Assembly: GCA_965248105.1 (NCBI GenBank)
Contig: CBDFIK010000006.1
Location: 259,761 to 323,760 of the forward strand
DNA length: 64,000 nucleotides
Source of the DNA: Bryobacterales bacterium
Lineage (GTDB): Bacteria; Acidobacteriota; Terriglobia; Bryobacterales; UBA6623
Reading direction: 5' to 3'
Shown here: positions 38,841 through 49,379 of the stretch, one piece after another
Layout of the letters: each line of letters opens with the position of its first letter
How positions within the stretch are numbered: the stretch's first letter is position 1
Made by a program: the position numbers and the translations under genes
Notes under the pieces: generated by a model
Databases searched by the model: none
What the model was told of the DNA's origin: nothing
What the model saw: only the letters and a program-made list of their open reading frames with translations

Positions 38841-39539
38841 TTACCTGGTGGGCCACTGGTCGGTCATCTCCACCACGCCCCACCGTCCGTACAGTGCAAC
38901 GTCCGAGCCGGGCCAGCAGGGCAACCCGTACTCTCGGGTGATTCCCTTGCCAGGCCGGTCGTGCTCCAATACGCTTCGAATGTCGGCGCCAAAGGCCTTG
39001 ACTTCCACGAAGCCTTGGAAAGTCGGGTTCGGGCGGTCCAGTTCTGCTCGTCCCCTCGCCTCTGCGGGGATATATTTTACGTCCTCAAAATCCGGCGAGA
39101 CCACTCGCACCAGGGCGTAACCGTCATGGTCGTTCACGTTTGTGAGCACGAGCAACGGGCCCTCCCAGTAGGCTGGGAACAGCACGCAGCTAATCACCTT
39201 CGGGTCGCTACGCACTTGGCCCGATTGTCCTGAGCCTCCGTTTGGCGCCGGGTCAGGCGGGTCGGGCGGGTCAGGTGGGTCCGGCGGGTCGGGCGGGTCA
39301 GGTGGGTCGGGCGGGTCAGGCGGGTCGGGCGGATCGCCCTCACAGGGTCCCAGGTAGTCCAGCTCATGTCCCTCAGCCCCCTCGCCGGTCTCGGGGTCGA
39401 TATGCGCACTGGGGTTGGCAGTCTCAATCGTCACCGCATTCTCCGGGTTGCCCTTGGGTACATGGCATAGTGTGACCTTCTCTTGCTGTGACCAAACTAC
39501 AACAGCCGAGCTTAATAGCAAAAGTATTATTTTTTTCAT
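38841..39539 (-). CDS. secreted protein with a small Cys/His N-domain and (Asp-Pro-Pro)n linker
   Basis: Signal peptide MKKIILLLLSSAVVVWS; VTLCH.P.GNP...H..DYLGPC; about nine 9-bp repeats at 39250-39335. Confidence 0.75.
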   Translation of the reverse strand: MKKIILLLLSSAVVVWSQQEKVTLCHVPKGNPENAVTIETANPSAHIDPETGEGAEGHELDYLGPCEGDPPDPPDPPDPPDPPDPPDPPDPPDPPDPAPNGGSGQSGQVRSDPKVISCVLFPAYWEGPLLVLTNVNDHDGYALVRVVSPDFEDVKYIPAEARGRAELDRPNPTFQGFVEVKAFGADIRSVLEHDRPGKGITREYGLPCWPGSDVALYGRWGVVEMTDQWPTR

Positions 39540-40420
39540 TAAACACCTCTAGGTTTGGTGGGCGAGTGAGGAGAGCCTTCACGAGCCACTTTTGGCAAGA
39601 GGCCAGGCGACTCCGTATCATCACGCTTTGCAGCGGATGCGTCTGGCGCCCCCCCACGTTTTCTCCAATTCGCCCTGCGACAGGAATTCGGGACACCAAC
39701 CTGGCTGCACCCACGCGCGTGAAGCGGAGCTCTTCGCTGCAGCGTGTTTCCGGTTGGCTCCATATCAAAATTCTGCCTCAGATTCCCCTCGTATTCCATG
39801 ACATGACGGTACCGATTACTCGCAAAGAAGAGGAGAAAGTAGTACTGGTACCAGATTGGAGAAAGTCCTTGCAGCCCGAGAACCCGAGTTAGCCCTGGAT
39901 TTCGAAACCTCATTACTGTCGCCTCGCGGGGGGGAGCCGATAAATCGGGTTCAAGTCTCAGGCGGGTAAAGGGGCTGAACTCGGATGGGGATGCCGGAGA
40001 GGTGTGGCGGGGTTGAGATTCAGCGAATCCAGAACACGATCGAAACCAGGCCTCACCAAAACCAGAAGCGCAAGAGCCACCGGAAGTCCACGCTCAGAAC
40101 TTCTCCCGAGGGTGCCAACCGGACGTAGAGACCCGACACTGCGGATTCATCCCCCTCTGTGACGGCATTGCGGAGGTCTCTCCAAATAACCACGGTTTCT
40201 CCCGATGCCTGCGGATGGACCTCCGCGAAAGGGAAGTCTCGCTTGCTGACAAATGTCTGAACCTCTAGGGCTAGCGTCGATCGAGGGGTCATTGGAAACC
40301 TGGATCGTCTTGACCCACATTTTCAGTTTGATGTATGACCTCTTGACCTTCCAGCCGTCCTCAGCGTCCTTATTGGTAGGGGTTCAAGCCCAATCAGGAC
40401 GTCAGGGAGGCCAACACCTG

Positions 40421-40525
40421 ATGGGTGAAAAAGAAACAAAGCCGTTTCAGCTAACTTTCAACGGATTATTGAAGGTCGATTTCCAGGGATCGCGCGTCAC
40501 CTCAGACGGTGGCTTGATTCTGGTC
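40421..40525 (+). pseudogene. N-terminal fragment of an IS1380-family transposase
   Basis: MGEKETKPFQLTFNGLLKVDFQGSRVTSDGGLILV resembles IS1380 transposase N-termini (F.G..VTSDGGL); RBS GGAGG upstream; similarity stops after 35 codons. Confidence 0.7.
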
Positions 40526-40673
40526 GGACGGCTCAAACAGACTTTGGGAACGCTTCGACCCACCCCTGGGACTGCCGTCGGGCTAAGAATCACTTGTGTC
40601 CGGGGAGCAAGCTCGTGTATCCTGTGCGAGCGGGATGTCCGAATCGGAAATTCTGGATAATAGCTTCTCGTCG

Positions 40674-41639
40674 ATGTCCAAAGGGGCTGGTATATCGCTT
40701 GTCGGAAAGAGTGATCTCGTTTGGTTGACCGCATGCGGCGTCGGCTATCTCGCGACGAGTGTGATCCCGCAAAACCTAGACAGCTGGTGCGTTAGCCAAA
40801 TTGGGTCGTTGTTCCTCGTGCTGCGAGCGAAGTCCGTCCGCAAAACCGCCCGCCGAATTCAGTCATCACTACAGCTTGCCGAGTTTGACGATGCCTTAAG
40901 AATCGCTAGAGACTACTACAGGATAAGGGCCGATCTCCACTGGGGACGTGCTCGGGGTCTGCACAAGAGCGGTTGGCAGCCGGAGATCGAACTTCAGGGA
41001 GAGCATCATCTGCACCAGGCGCTGAAGGGCGGGAGAGGAGTCATCGTCTGGCGCATGTCCTTTTGTGACAACCCTGTATTCTTCCAGTGCCTGTGGCGCG
41101 CCGGCATCCCGGTGGTGCATCTGCGTGGCCCGACGCATGGGGCGCCTTCGCGGAGCCGCGTCGGGCTGCGGTTGACGCGTCGCGTGTACACGCGCGCTGA
41201 GGACCTTTATCTCAAAGAGGTGGTGGAAATGCCGCTCGATCCATCCCTCGGGTACATGCGCATCTTGCTGGCGCGACTCCGTCAGAATGCGTGTGTTTCG
41301 ATCGTGGGCGAGAACCTTGGTCGCCAGAATATCCGAGCCAAGTTATTCACCTGCACAGCTGAGTTTGCTACTGGCGCACCTTCCTTGGCCTGGCGCACCG
41401 GGGCAGTTCTGCTGACTTCCTACACGATTCGGCTGAACGCATTCCATTACCGTGTGATTATCGAGGACCCAATCGACCTGGAGCGTTCCCTGGGCCGCCG
41501 CCAGTTCGTAGAGCAGGCCGTCGGCGAGTTCGCTCGCCGCTTGGAAGAGCACGTAACCCAGCACCCAGCTAACTGGCAAGGTTGGACGGGACAGATTCGA
41601 AGCCACGTCGCCTTCACCGACGGCCTACACGTCACATAG
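40674..41639 (+). CDS. lipid A lauroyl-acyltransferase-like (LpxL/HtrB fold) protein, degenerate active site
   Basis: GRGVIV, FATGAPSLAWRTGA, YRVIIEDP, LEEHVTQHPANWQGW follow the family pattern. Start uncertain. Confidence 0.6.
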   Translation: MSKGAGISLVGKSDLVWLTACGVGYLATSVIPQNLDSWCVSQIGSLFLVLRAKSVRKTARRIQSSLQLAEFDDALRIARDYYRIRADLHWGRARGLHKSGWQPEIELQGEHHLHQALKGGRGVIVWRMSFCDNPVFFQCLWRAGIPVVHLRGPTHGAPSRSRVGLRLTRRVYTRAEDLYLKEVVEMPLDPSLGYMRILLARLRQNACVSIVGENLGRQNIRAKLFTCTAEFATGAPSLAWRTGAVLLTSYTIRLNAFHYRVIIEDPIDLERSLGRRQFVEQAVGEFARRLEEHVTQHPANWQGWTGQIRSHVAFTDGLHVT

Positions 41640-42497
41640 CTGCGCTGCTTCGCGCAGGGACGTCATGGGGTCGCGTTCGGGAATGAACTCGTGAGCGAAA
41701 TAGCCGTCGAAGCCGAGCTCTAGGATGGCTTCCGCGATTGCCCTGTAGTTGAGCTCTTGCGTCTCGTCGATTTCCGCCCGTCCGGGGTTGCCGCCGGTAT
41801 GGAAGTGGGCGATGTATTGGATATTCTCCCGTATGGTGCGAATGACATCGCCTTCCATGATTTGCATGTGGTAGATGTCGTAGAGCAATTTGACACGCGG
41901 CGAATCGACTCGCTTCATGACCTCGACGCCCCAAGATGTCTTGTCGCATTGGTAGTCGGGGTGATCGACCTTGCTGTTGAGAAGCTCCATGACAATCGTG
42001 ACGCCGAGATCTTCGGTTTGCGCCTTGACTTTGTTGAGCAGCAGGGTGGAGTTGTCCCAGGCCCGTTCGTCTTCCATGCCGCGCCGATTGCCTGAGAAGG
42101 CAATCACGTTCGGCACGCCGTGCTGCTTGGCGAGCGGCAGCAGACGCCGGAAGTTGGCCTCGATCGTGTTGTGGTTGGCCGCGTCGTTGATGCCATCCTC
42201 GATGGGATTCACCCCGGTACCGACGGCGCACACGATGCCGTACTTTTTCATCAATGGCCAGTCGTCCGCCTCGAGCAGATCCACCGCTGCCAGGCCGATC
42301 CGGGAGGCGTTTTCGGCTAGGTCCGCAACCGTCATGTCCTGGTAGCACCACTTGCAGACCGACTGCTTCAAGCGGCCCTTCTTGACAACCCGTTCCGAGC
42401 CGGAACCCGCGGCGGATCCTGTGCTTAGAGCGGTGGCCGCACTGATCGCCCCTGAGACCATCGAGCGTCGACTCATCTTTGCGTCTTCCTTGTCCAT
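41625..42497 (-). CDS. hydroxypyruvate isomerase-like TIM barrel protein with TAT-like leader
   Basis: SRRSMVSG leader; KQSVCKWC, MELLNSKVDH, LYDIYHMQIMEGD, HFHTGGNPGR, HEFIP. Confidence 0.85.
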   Translation of the reverse strand: MDKEDAKMSRRSMVSGAISAATALSTGSAAGSGSERVVKKGRLKQSVCKWCYQDMTVADLAENASRIGLAAVDLLEADDWPLMKKYGIVCAVGTGVNPIEDGINDAANHNTIEANFRRLLPLAKQHGVPNVIAFSGNRRGMEDERAWDNSTLLLNKVKAQTEDLGVTIVMELLNSKVDHPDYQCDKTSWGVEVMKRVDSPRVKLLYDIYHMQIMEGDVIRTIRENIQYIAHFHTGGNPGRAEIDETQELNYRAIAEAILELGFDGYFAHEFIPERDPMTSLREAAQLCDV

Positions 42498-42566
42498 AGG
42501 ATGCCCCTGGGGATCGGGAATACTGATTATGCGGATTCTACCACTCTGAAGCCCGCGGACCGCTGT

Positions 42567-43355
42567 CTACCGCTGCACCAGCGCCACGATCCGGCACGGC
42601 GCTCCCGAGCCGTCACCAATCTTCATCGGGAGAGCGAACAGCAAGGCCCCCGTCGCAGGCACCTGGTCCAGATGGGCGACGTTCTCGAGACACGCAATCT
42701 GCGCCGCGGCAAAAACCTGGTGAGCCTTGAAATCCTCCGAAGGGCCGTGGTCGATGCTGGCGGTATCGATACCGACCACCGCGATCCCCCGCTGCACGAG
42801 GACCTCGGCGGCTTCCGCTGAAACCCCCGGGAAGTGGAGGTTTTCGGTATCGCCGGGGACGTCGCTGCCTAGATACTGCTTGACGTCAGGCCAAAATCGT
42901 CCCCAGCCGGTATGAATCAGGACGCCGGTGCCCTCTTGGATTGCTCCATGCTGCCGTTCGTGAGCTTCGAGGTCATTTACCGAGAGTAGGTAATCAGGGT
43001 CTGACTCGCATTGAGCTGATATGTCGACTACCACCGCCGGCACGATGAGCTGGGAAAGGGGGATGTCGGAGACACCTCGTTTCCCCTCCGCAAAGTGAAT
43101 CGGTGCGTCGAGATGCGTGCCGCCGTGCTCGCTTCCGGCCAGGTTGTAGGAGCTATACCAATAGCCGCCCTCGGTCCGTCCCCACGAGACCCGCTCGTGC
43201 TCAAAATGCTTTCCGGTAGGCCAATAGATGGTCTTCTCATCGAAGGTGTAGGTCAGATCGATGGGCCGGTAGTCCGCCAGGCTTTGTGTCGGGGGGCCGC
43301 TGCAAGCGCAGAGCCACACGAGACCGATCGACAGCAGAACACGGAGACTAGACAT
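42567..43355 (-). CDS. cyclase family (kynurenine formamidase-like) metal hydrolase, lipoprotein
   Basis: EHGGTHLDAPIHF, GIDTASID, ENVAHL, GSGAPCR; lipobox-like LCAC. Confidence 0.85.
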   Translation of the reverse strand: MSSLRVLLSIGLVWLCACSGPPTQSLADYRPIDLTYTFDEKTIYWPTGKHFEHERVSWGRTEGGYWYSSYNLAGSEHGGTHLDAPIHFAEGKRGVSDIPLSQLIVPAVVVDISAQCESDPDYLLSVNDLEAHERQHGAIQEGTGVLIHTGWGRFWPDVKQYLGSDVPGDTENLHFPGVSAEAAEVLVQRGIAVVGIDTASIDHGPSEDFKAHQVFAAAQIACLENVAHLDQVPATGALLFALPMKIGDGSGAPCRIVALVQR

Positions 43356-44628
43356 GACGTCTTCCTTCCGTAACAGGTCTACTCGGGGGGGCGGAACTTG
43401 CCCGCGGCCGCAGTCCAACCCCGTCCAGGCATTCGCTCAGGTTAGCGCTTGGCCTTCCTGCGAGCAACCCGGCCACAGACTCTAAAATAGGCCCGTCAGT
43501 GGCTGACGGTACTTCCCGACGTGGCGCACGCATTCTAGCGTGCCGTGTCGCCATTCGTGGCGACCTTGAGCCGTTGATTTACGGGATCGGGCTGCTCCAG
43601 GAACTTGCTCTGCACCGGCGGTTGGTAAGTGGAGAAGAAAGCCGTCCCCTGGGCGGACGGCTCGCCCCCACCCCATGCCCCGATCGCTCGTCTGGGGACG
43701 ACCGATCGCCAAGGCTTTCGGAAAGGCGCACTCCAATATGCCGGGACAGACCTGCACCGCCGGTGAGCGGCCCGGCGGCGGGGGCGTTTCGATCCCCGGT
43801 GGCCCGTCCCTTGCGTCCCAGGTCGGGATGTCCGGCAGGGAATCATGGTGGGTCAATTTCCGTGGCCGTTGCACTTTACGATCGGCCCTGATGTGAGCGC
43901 TGCCGTACCGGCGAGGGGGCAAAAAGCCGCTGGGGTCTGCAAACGGCACCAGCCCCGCGCGGTGAACTCCTCCGGGACCCTCCGCCCCCCCGGCATCTCC
44001 GAGATGGCTAGTAAAATACTGAATCTATGTGGGTTATGGGAAATTGGGTTTGTTTGGTAATTCTGCCGCTCGGTATTCTCCATTCCCTCAATAGTCGTCG
44101 CCCTTGGCTGCTCCCGTGGGTCGCCTGCACTCAGGCGAAGGTGGACCGTGACTCGGTGGAGCGATCCGTCGCGTCTTGCCGAGCCGGGCGTTCCGCGGCA
44201 CCGGAACCAGAACTGCAACCCATTGATTCCCCACGGGTTGCTCGAAATTGGCTTTGTTTGGTATTTTTCTTTGCTCCGTTGGCTCGTTGCTCCGAATTGC
44301 CCGTGCTCGAATTGACCCCGGAATGCTTCGGTGCCCAAGCATATTGTACCCCGCCAATCCAAGGCCGCGTCGCTGTTATCGGAACTAAGATGCTTTGAAT
44401 GAACAACTTATATTACGTGACATGTCGGGACCGGAGGCTAGCAGCTCTGGGCGGACACGGTGGTCAGCGCCTACGACGTTAGCTGAGGACCTCCAATATA
44501 CAGAGCGATCCGCGAAAGCCGAGCCCAAGGTCGCGGACAGTGGAAAGGCCCAGGTCCGCGCTACAAAGGCTGATACAGTCCTCATGTGTTATCAACAGCA
44601 ATCCCGCGGCGGTACAATGTTGCTGTCG

Positions 44629-47279
44629 ATGACCGGCCAGACCATTTCGCACTACAAGATCCTCGAGAAGCTGGGCGAGGGCGGCATGGGCGTGGTCTAC
44701 AAGGCCACCGACACGAAACTCGAGCGCACCGTGGCGCTGAAGTTTCTCGCCGCCGACCGGTTAGAGGACGAGGAACACAAGGCCCGCTTCCGGCGGGAGG
44801 CCCGAGCCGCGGCCGCCCTCGATCACCCGAACATCTGCACCGTCTACGAGATCGATGAAGCCGATGGCCAGACCTTCCTGGCCATGCCCTACCTCGAAGG
44901 CTTGACCGTGAGGCAGAAAGTCAAGCAGCGTCCCTTGAAGCTGGACGAAGCTCTCGACATTGCCATCCAGGCCGGCGAAGGTTTGCGAGCCGCGCATGCG
45001 AAGGGCATCGTCCATCGCGACATCAAGAGCGCCAATCTGATGGTCTCGCCGCAAGGCCAGGTCAAGATCATGGATTTCGGCTTGGCCAAGCGGCCGACCA
45101 ATCCCTGCTGACGAAGACCGAGACGCTGCTGGGGACGCCGGTTTACATGTCCCCCGAGCAGGCCCAACGTTTACCGACCGACCGGCGCACGGACATCTGG
45201 TCGCTGGGCATCGTGATTTACGAGATGCTCATCGGGCGCACGCCGTTTGAGGGAGAGCGAGAGCAGGCGGTGTTGTACGGCATCGTCCAGGAAGAGCCGG
45301 AGCCGATCACCAGCCAACGAGCGCGGGTGCCCTTGGATCTGGACTGGGTTGTCTCGAAGGCGCTGGCCAAGGACAAGGAGGAGCGCTACCCCCACATCGA
45401 CGACATGCTGGTCGATCTGCGGGCCGTCGCGCGGCAGGTTGCGGAAGAAAGCGACACCGGCAGGCCGAGCAAGAGACCGACCACGAAGGTGCAGCGGGAA
45501 GCTCCGGCACGCGTCCGGCGAAGGCGCTTGGCCTGGGCTTTGGGGATCGCCGCGGCGGTTGTTCTGTTGACGATGGCCGGCCTGGGCGTACGGAACTTCT
45601 TGCCCACAACCGAAGCGCCCCTGGAACCGCTGCGGGCGGTTCCCCTCACCAGTTACCCGGGCAGAGAGGTTGGCTACTCGTTTTCCCCTGACGGCAATCA
45701 GATCGTCTTCCTTTGGAAAAGAGAGACCCAGGAAGACTACGACGTTTACGTCAAACTCATCGGGCCCGGCCCACCTCTGCGACTGACTACCGATCCTGCT
45801 TGGGATCACAGCGCCGTCTGGTCGCCGGATGGCCGTCACATAGCCTTTCTGCGCGGACATCCCCCGGCCGGAAAGAAAATGGGCCTATACCTGATTCCCG
45901 CTCTTGGCGGGACGGAACGCAAACTCGCCGAGACCCGAGTACCGTTCAATTATTGGCGGGGGTCCTGCCTGAACTGGTCTCCCGACGGCCGTTGGCTGGC
46001 CGTGTGCGATGGGGAGGATGACTCCCCAGCACCGTTGAGCGTGTTTCTGCTCTCGGTTGATACCGGTGAAATGCGAAGGCTGACGTCGCCGCCCGTCGGG
46101 AGAAGAGACGTCAGCTCCGCCTTTTCTCCCGACGGTCGCACGCTTGCCTTCGCCCGGTCCGGCTCCGGGCTTACGAGCGATCTCTACCTGCTGGATCTCG
46201 ACGAAGATCTGACCCCAAAAGGTGAGCCTCGGCGGCGGACCTTTACCGAGGCCACGACAACCAGTCCCGTCTTTACCCCAGACGGCCGCGACATTGTTTT
46301 CTCGTCCGGTCCTTTCGGCAACCCAAGCGTTTGGAGGGTGCCGGTATCCGGGTCCGCATCGCCCGAACGGCTGCCGTTTGGGGAGCGCGGGGATTACCCC
46401 GGCATCTCCCGTCAGGGGAATCTCGTGTATACAACGCGCGAAATCGACCTAGACATCTGGCGTGTCAATCTACCCCTTACGGACGGCGCGGCGGTCAAGT
46501 TGATTTCCTCTTCAAGGCTGGAGAACGCGGCGCAATATTCTCCCGACGGCAACAGCATCGCGTTCGTGTCGAATCGCTCCGGAAGCTACGAGATCTGGAA
46601 GTGCGACAGCGACGGTTCGAACCCGGTGCAGTTGACTTCGCTTGGCGCCCCATTAACAACTAGGCCCCGCTGGGCTCCCGATGGGAAGAGCATCGTATTC
46701 CATTCCGACGCAGAGGGGCATTTCGATGTCTACGTCGTCAACGCCGACGGGGGCGCGCCTCGGCGGCTGACGAGCGATCCGTCGAGGGACGGCTCTCCAA
46801 CCTGGTCGAGAAACGGAAAGTGGATCTACTTCTGCTCCAACCGCACAGGGGATGTGCAGTATTTCAAGATGCCGGCCTCCGGGGGAGGCCCCGCCCAGCG
46901 AGTTGCGTCCGGGGGCGGCAAATCGATGGAGTCACCCGACGGCAGGCTGTTTTACTTTGTGAGTGGCTGGCCCAACCCGTCTCTATGGAGAGTGCCGGTT
47001 GAGGGCGGTGAGGAAAGCCAGGTCCTTGAATCTTTGTTTCGTGGAATCTACGAAGTCGTCGAGGATGGGGTCTATTTCGTTCCCCCCTCGACTCCGAAAG
47101 CCGGCTTTTCGGTTCAGTTCCTTCGCTTTGCCACGGGCGGCGTCGAGCACGTCTTCAGCCTCGAGCGCCAGCCGCCGCTGGGAATGGGCCTGAGCGTTTC
47201 CCCAGATGGCCGCTCGATCCTTTTCGGCCAAGTGGGGCCAATGGAGGCCGACCTCATGCTGGTCGAAAATTTCCGGTAA
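44629..47279 (+). pseudogene. Ser/Thr protein kinase - TM - PD40/TolB-like beta-propeller, split by a 1-nt deletion
   Basis: GEGGMGVVY, VALK, HRDIKSAN, DFG, then a frame change at about 45091-45093; the other frame continues ADQSLLTKTETLLGTPVYMSPEQ; multiple SPDG repeats. Confidence 0.9.
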
Positions 47280-47324
47280 GGGGGGGCCCGCGCTGTTCGG
47301 TCGCATCAGCTGCGTCGTGTGACT

Positions 47325-48063
47325 AGCCGCGAAGCGGCGGCAGGATCATAGCCTAGGGTGGAGCCGAAGGCGGAACCCTAGGTAAGCGGAAAACAAAGTT
47401 GAGCCCTGAAGGGGCGGCAGGAAAATGGGCAGACGTTCTACCAAACAACAACGGCCCCTGCGGGGCCGCCTCCGCAACCTCCTCCACTCAATCTGACAAC
47501 ATCATAAGAAAGGAGCCCCTGTTCACTATGTGCCCGGCATAAAGTCCACACCATGTCCCGGGTAGCACAGTCCTCCCGCCGCTTCGCGGCTCCCGAGCCC
47601 TTTCGGGCGCGGCTCTGTTCGGTTGTTGCCTGTTCTGCCGTTTGGTTGGCCGCGAAGGTGGTCGTCCCACAACGGTTTGGCGTTGATGTTTTCCTCGTTC
47701 AAGGACGAATTTCTCTCTTTGTTGAAGCGGAACGAACTTGAATATGAGGAACGTTTCTTGCGGCGATGAGTGTTTCCCGCCGCCCTTTCAGGGCTCGTCG
47801 GGGCCCGGGCCGTCACCTAGTCCGCATTTCTCACGAGCGTTCGGACGACGGGCGTTGAACAGGCTTTGTTCGTAGGGGCGGACCGCCGTGTCCGTCCATT
47901 CGTGAGATGCACACTCCGTCCCATTTGGCCACCCAACCCCGTGAGAACCTTCTCTGGGTGGGCGCAGCGGCCCGCCCCTACAATTTTGTCGTGAGAAATG
48001 CGGCCTAGGGTTCCGCCGTTCCGGCTCCACCCTAGGCTATAATCCTGCCGCCGCTTCGCGGCT
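47325..48063. mobile_element. relic of a REP-flanked Y1 (IS200-like/RAYT) transposase locus
   Basis: Inverted arms 47325-47422 and 47773-48063 (the latter interrupted by the MITE). Between them 47698-47769 encodes FKDEFLSLLKRNELEYEERFLRR*, resembling Y1 transposase C-termini. Confidence 0.55.
47817..48008. mobile_element. MITE-like element, inverted copy of 16930-17125
   Basis: CTAGTCCGCATTTCTCACGA ... TCGTGAGAAATGCGGCCTAG; internal GTAGGGGCG REP pair. Confidence 0.85.
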
Positions 48064-48350
48064 CCCGCGCCCTAACTAACAAGCGGGGATCTGTCCTGTT
48101 CTAACGTGCGCGGGCCGGCGCCCTGACGGGCACGGTTGTGTCCGGGGATCGCCTGCTCTGCCGGTCCTTCGCCGCGAAGCGGCGACGCAGGAAGGAACGT
48201 CCAGCCCAGCGAGCCGCCTGATAGGCGGCTAAGGACAAACAGGAGTGTTTGTTTCAATGGATAGGGTCGAGATGAAAAGATCCTCCTGGAGGCATAATGC
48301 AGAGCCCGGCCGTGGGGCCGGCTCAGAAACCAACCAGGAGGATCATGCTC

Positions 48351-49379
48351 ATGAAAGGACTTCACTATATCGGACTCGACCTTCACAAGAAAAGCATCAG
48401 CTACGCGATCAAGACCTACGCCGGAGAACTCGTCGATCGCGGTCAAGTGGCCGCCCACCGACCCACCCTCACCGCCTGGGCGCAGCAACTGCCGCGTCCC
48501 TGGGTCGGAGCGCTGGAAGCAACGATGTTCACCGGCTGGGTCTACGACTGTCTGCGGGGGTTCGCCCAGCGCTTGGAGGTGGCCCATCCGGCGATGCTGA
48601 AAGCCATCACCTGCGCCAAGAAGAAGAACGACTCACTCGACGCCGAGAAGATCTGCGACCTGTTGCGCTGCGACCTGCTGCCGCTCTGCTACATGGCACC
48701 CAGCCATATTCGCGAGTTGCGGCGCATCCTGCGTTACCGCAACCTGCTGGTCAGGGAAGCCGTGCGCATGAAGAACAAAACAGCTGGTCTGTTGATGGAG
48801 GTCGGCGAACCCTACTCGAAGCAACGGCTGCACACCAAAAGCTACTTCTACCCGCTGCTGGACGAACTCGGCGAGGAGACGCCGCCGTCGGTGCGCCATC
48901 TGCTCACGATCAGCCGCAGCCAGCTGGAGTTGTTCGAGAGACTCGAACGAAGCTTGTTGGCCGGCTTGCGGCGGCATCCGCGGCTACGGGAGCGAGTCGC
49001 TCGGCGGGAGACGATTGCCGGGGTGGGCCCGGTGGTGGCGCTGACTTGGGCCTTGGAAGTCGGCGAGCCGGAACGCTTCGGCTCGATCCGGCAAGCGATC
49101 AGCTACTGTGGGCTGTGCGCGGGGCAGAAGCAGTCGGCGGGCAAGACGCAACGCGGGCCGCTGTCGAAGCAACGCAACAAGCATCTGCAGCGGGTGTTGA
49201 TCGAAGCCGCCAAGTTGGCGCCGCGTTGGAACGAGCTGCTGCGCGGGGTGCACGAGAGAGAACTCGCCCGCGGCTCGCGCAACCGCGCCACGTTGGCGGT
49301 GGCCCGCAAGCTGGTGACCTACTTGCTGGCAGTCGACCGCCGACAGAGCGGCTTCGAACCCTTGGCCCGGGCGGCCTAG
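48351..49379 (+). CDS. IS110-family DEDD recombinase/transposase
   Basis: IGLDLHKK, ALEAT, KNDSLDA (DEDD) and C-terminal YCGL...QSAGK; RBS AGGAGG. Confidence 0.93.
   Translation: MKGLHYIGLDLHKKSISYAIKTYAGELVDRGQVAAHRPTLTAWAQQLPRPWVGALEATMFTGWVYDCLRGFAQRLEVAHPAMLKAITCAKKKNDSLDAEKICDLLRCDLLPLCYMAPSHIRELRRILRYRNLLVREAVRMKNKTAGLLMEVGEPYSKQRLHTKSYFYPLLDELGEETPPSVRHLLTISRSQLELFERLERSLLAGLRRHPRLRERVARRETIAGVGPVVALTWALEVGEPERFGSIRQAISYCGLCAGQKQSAGKTQRGPLSKQRNKHLQRVLIEAAKLAPRWNELLRGVHERELARGSRNRATLAVARKLVTYLLAVDRRQSGFEPLARAA

Noticed and set aside
39930-39970. GGTTCAAGTC as a tRNA T-loop (also GGTTCAAGCCC near 40381)
   Set aside because: No 5-bp T-stem, acceptor stem or cloverleaf.
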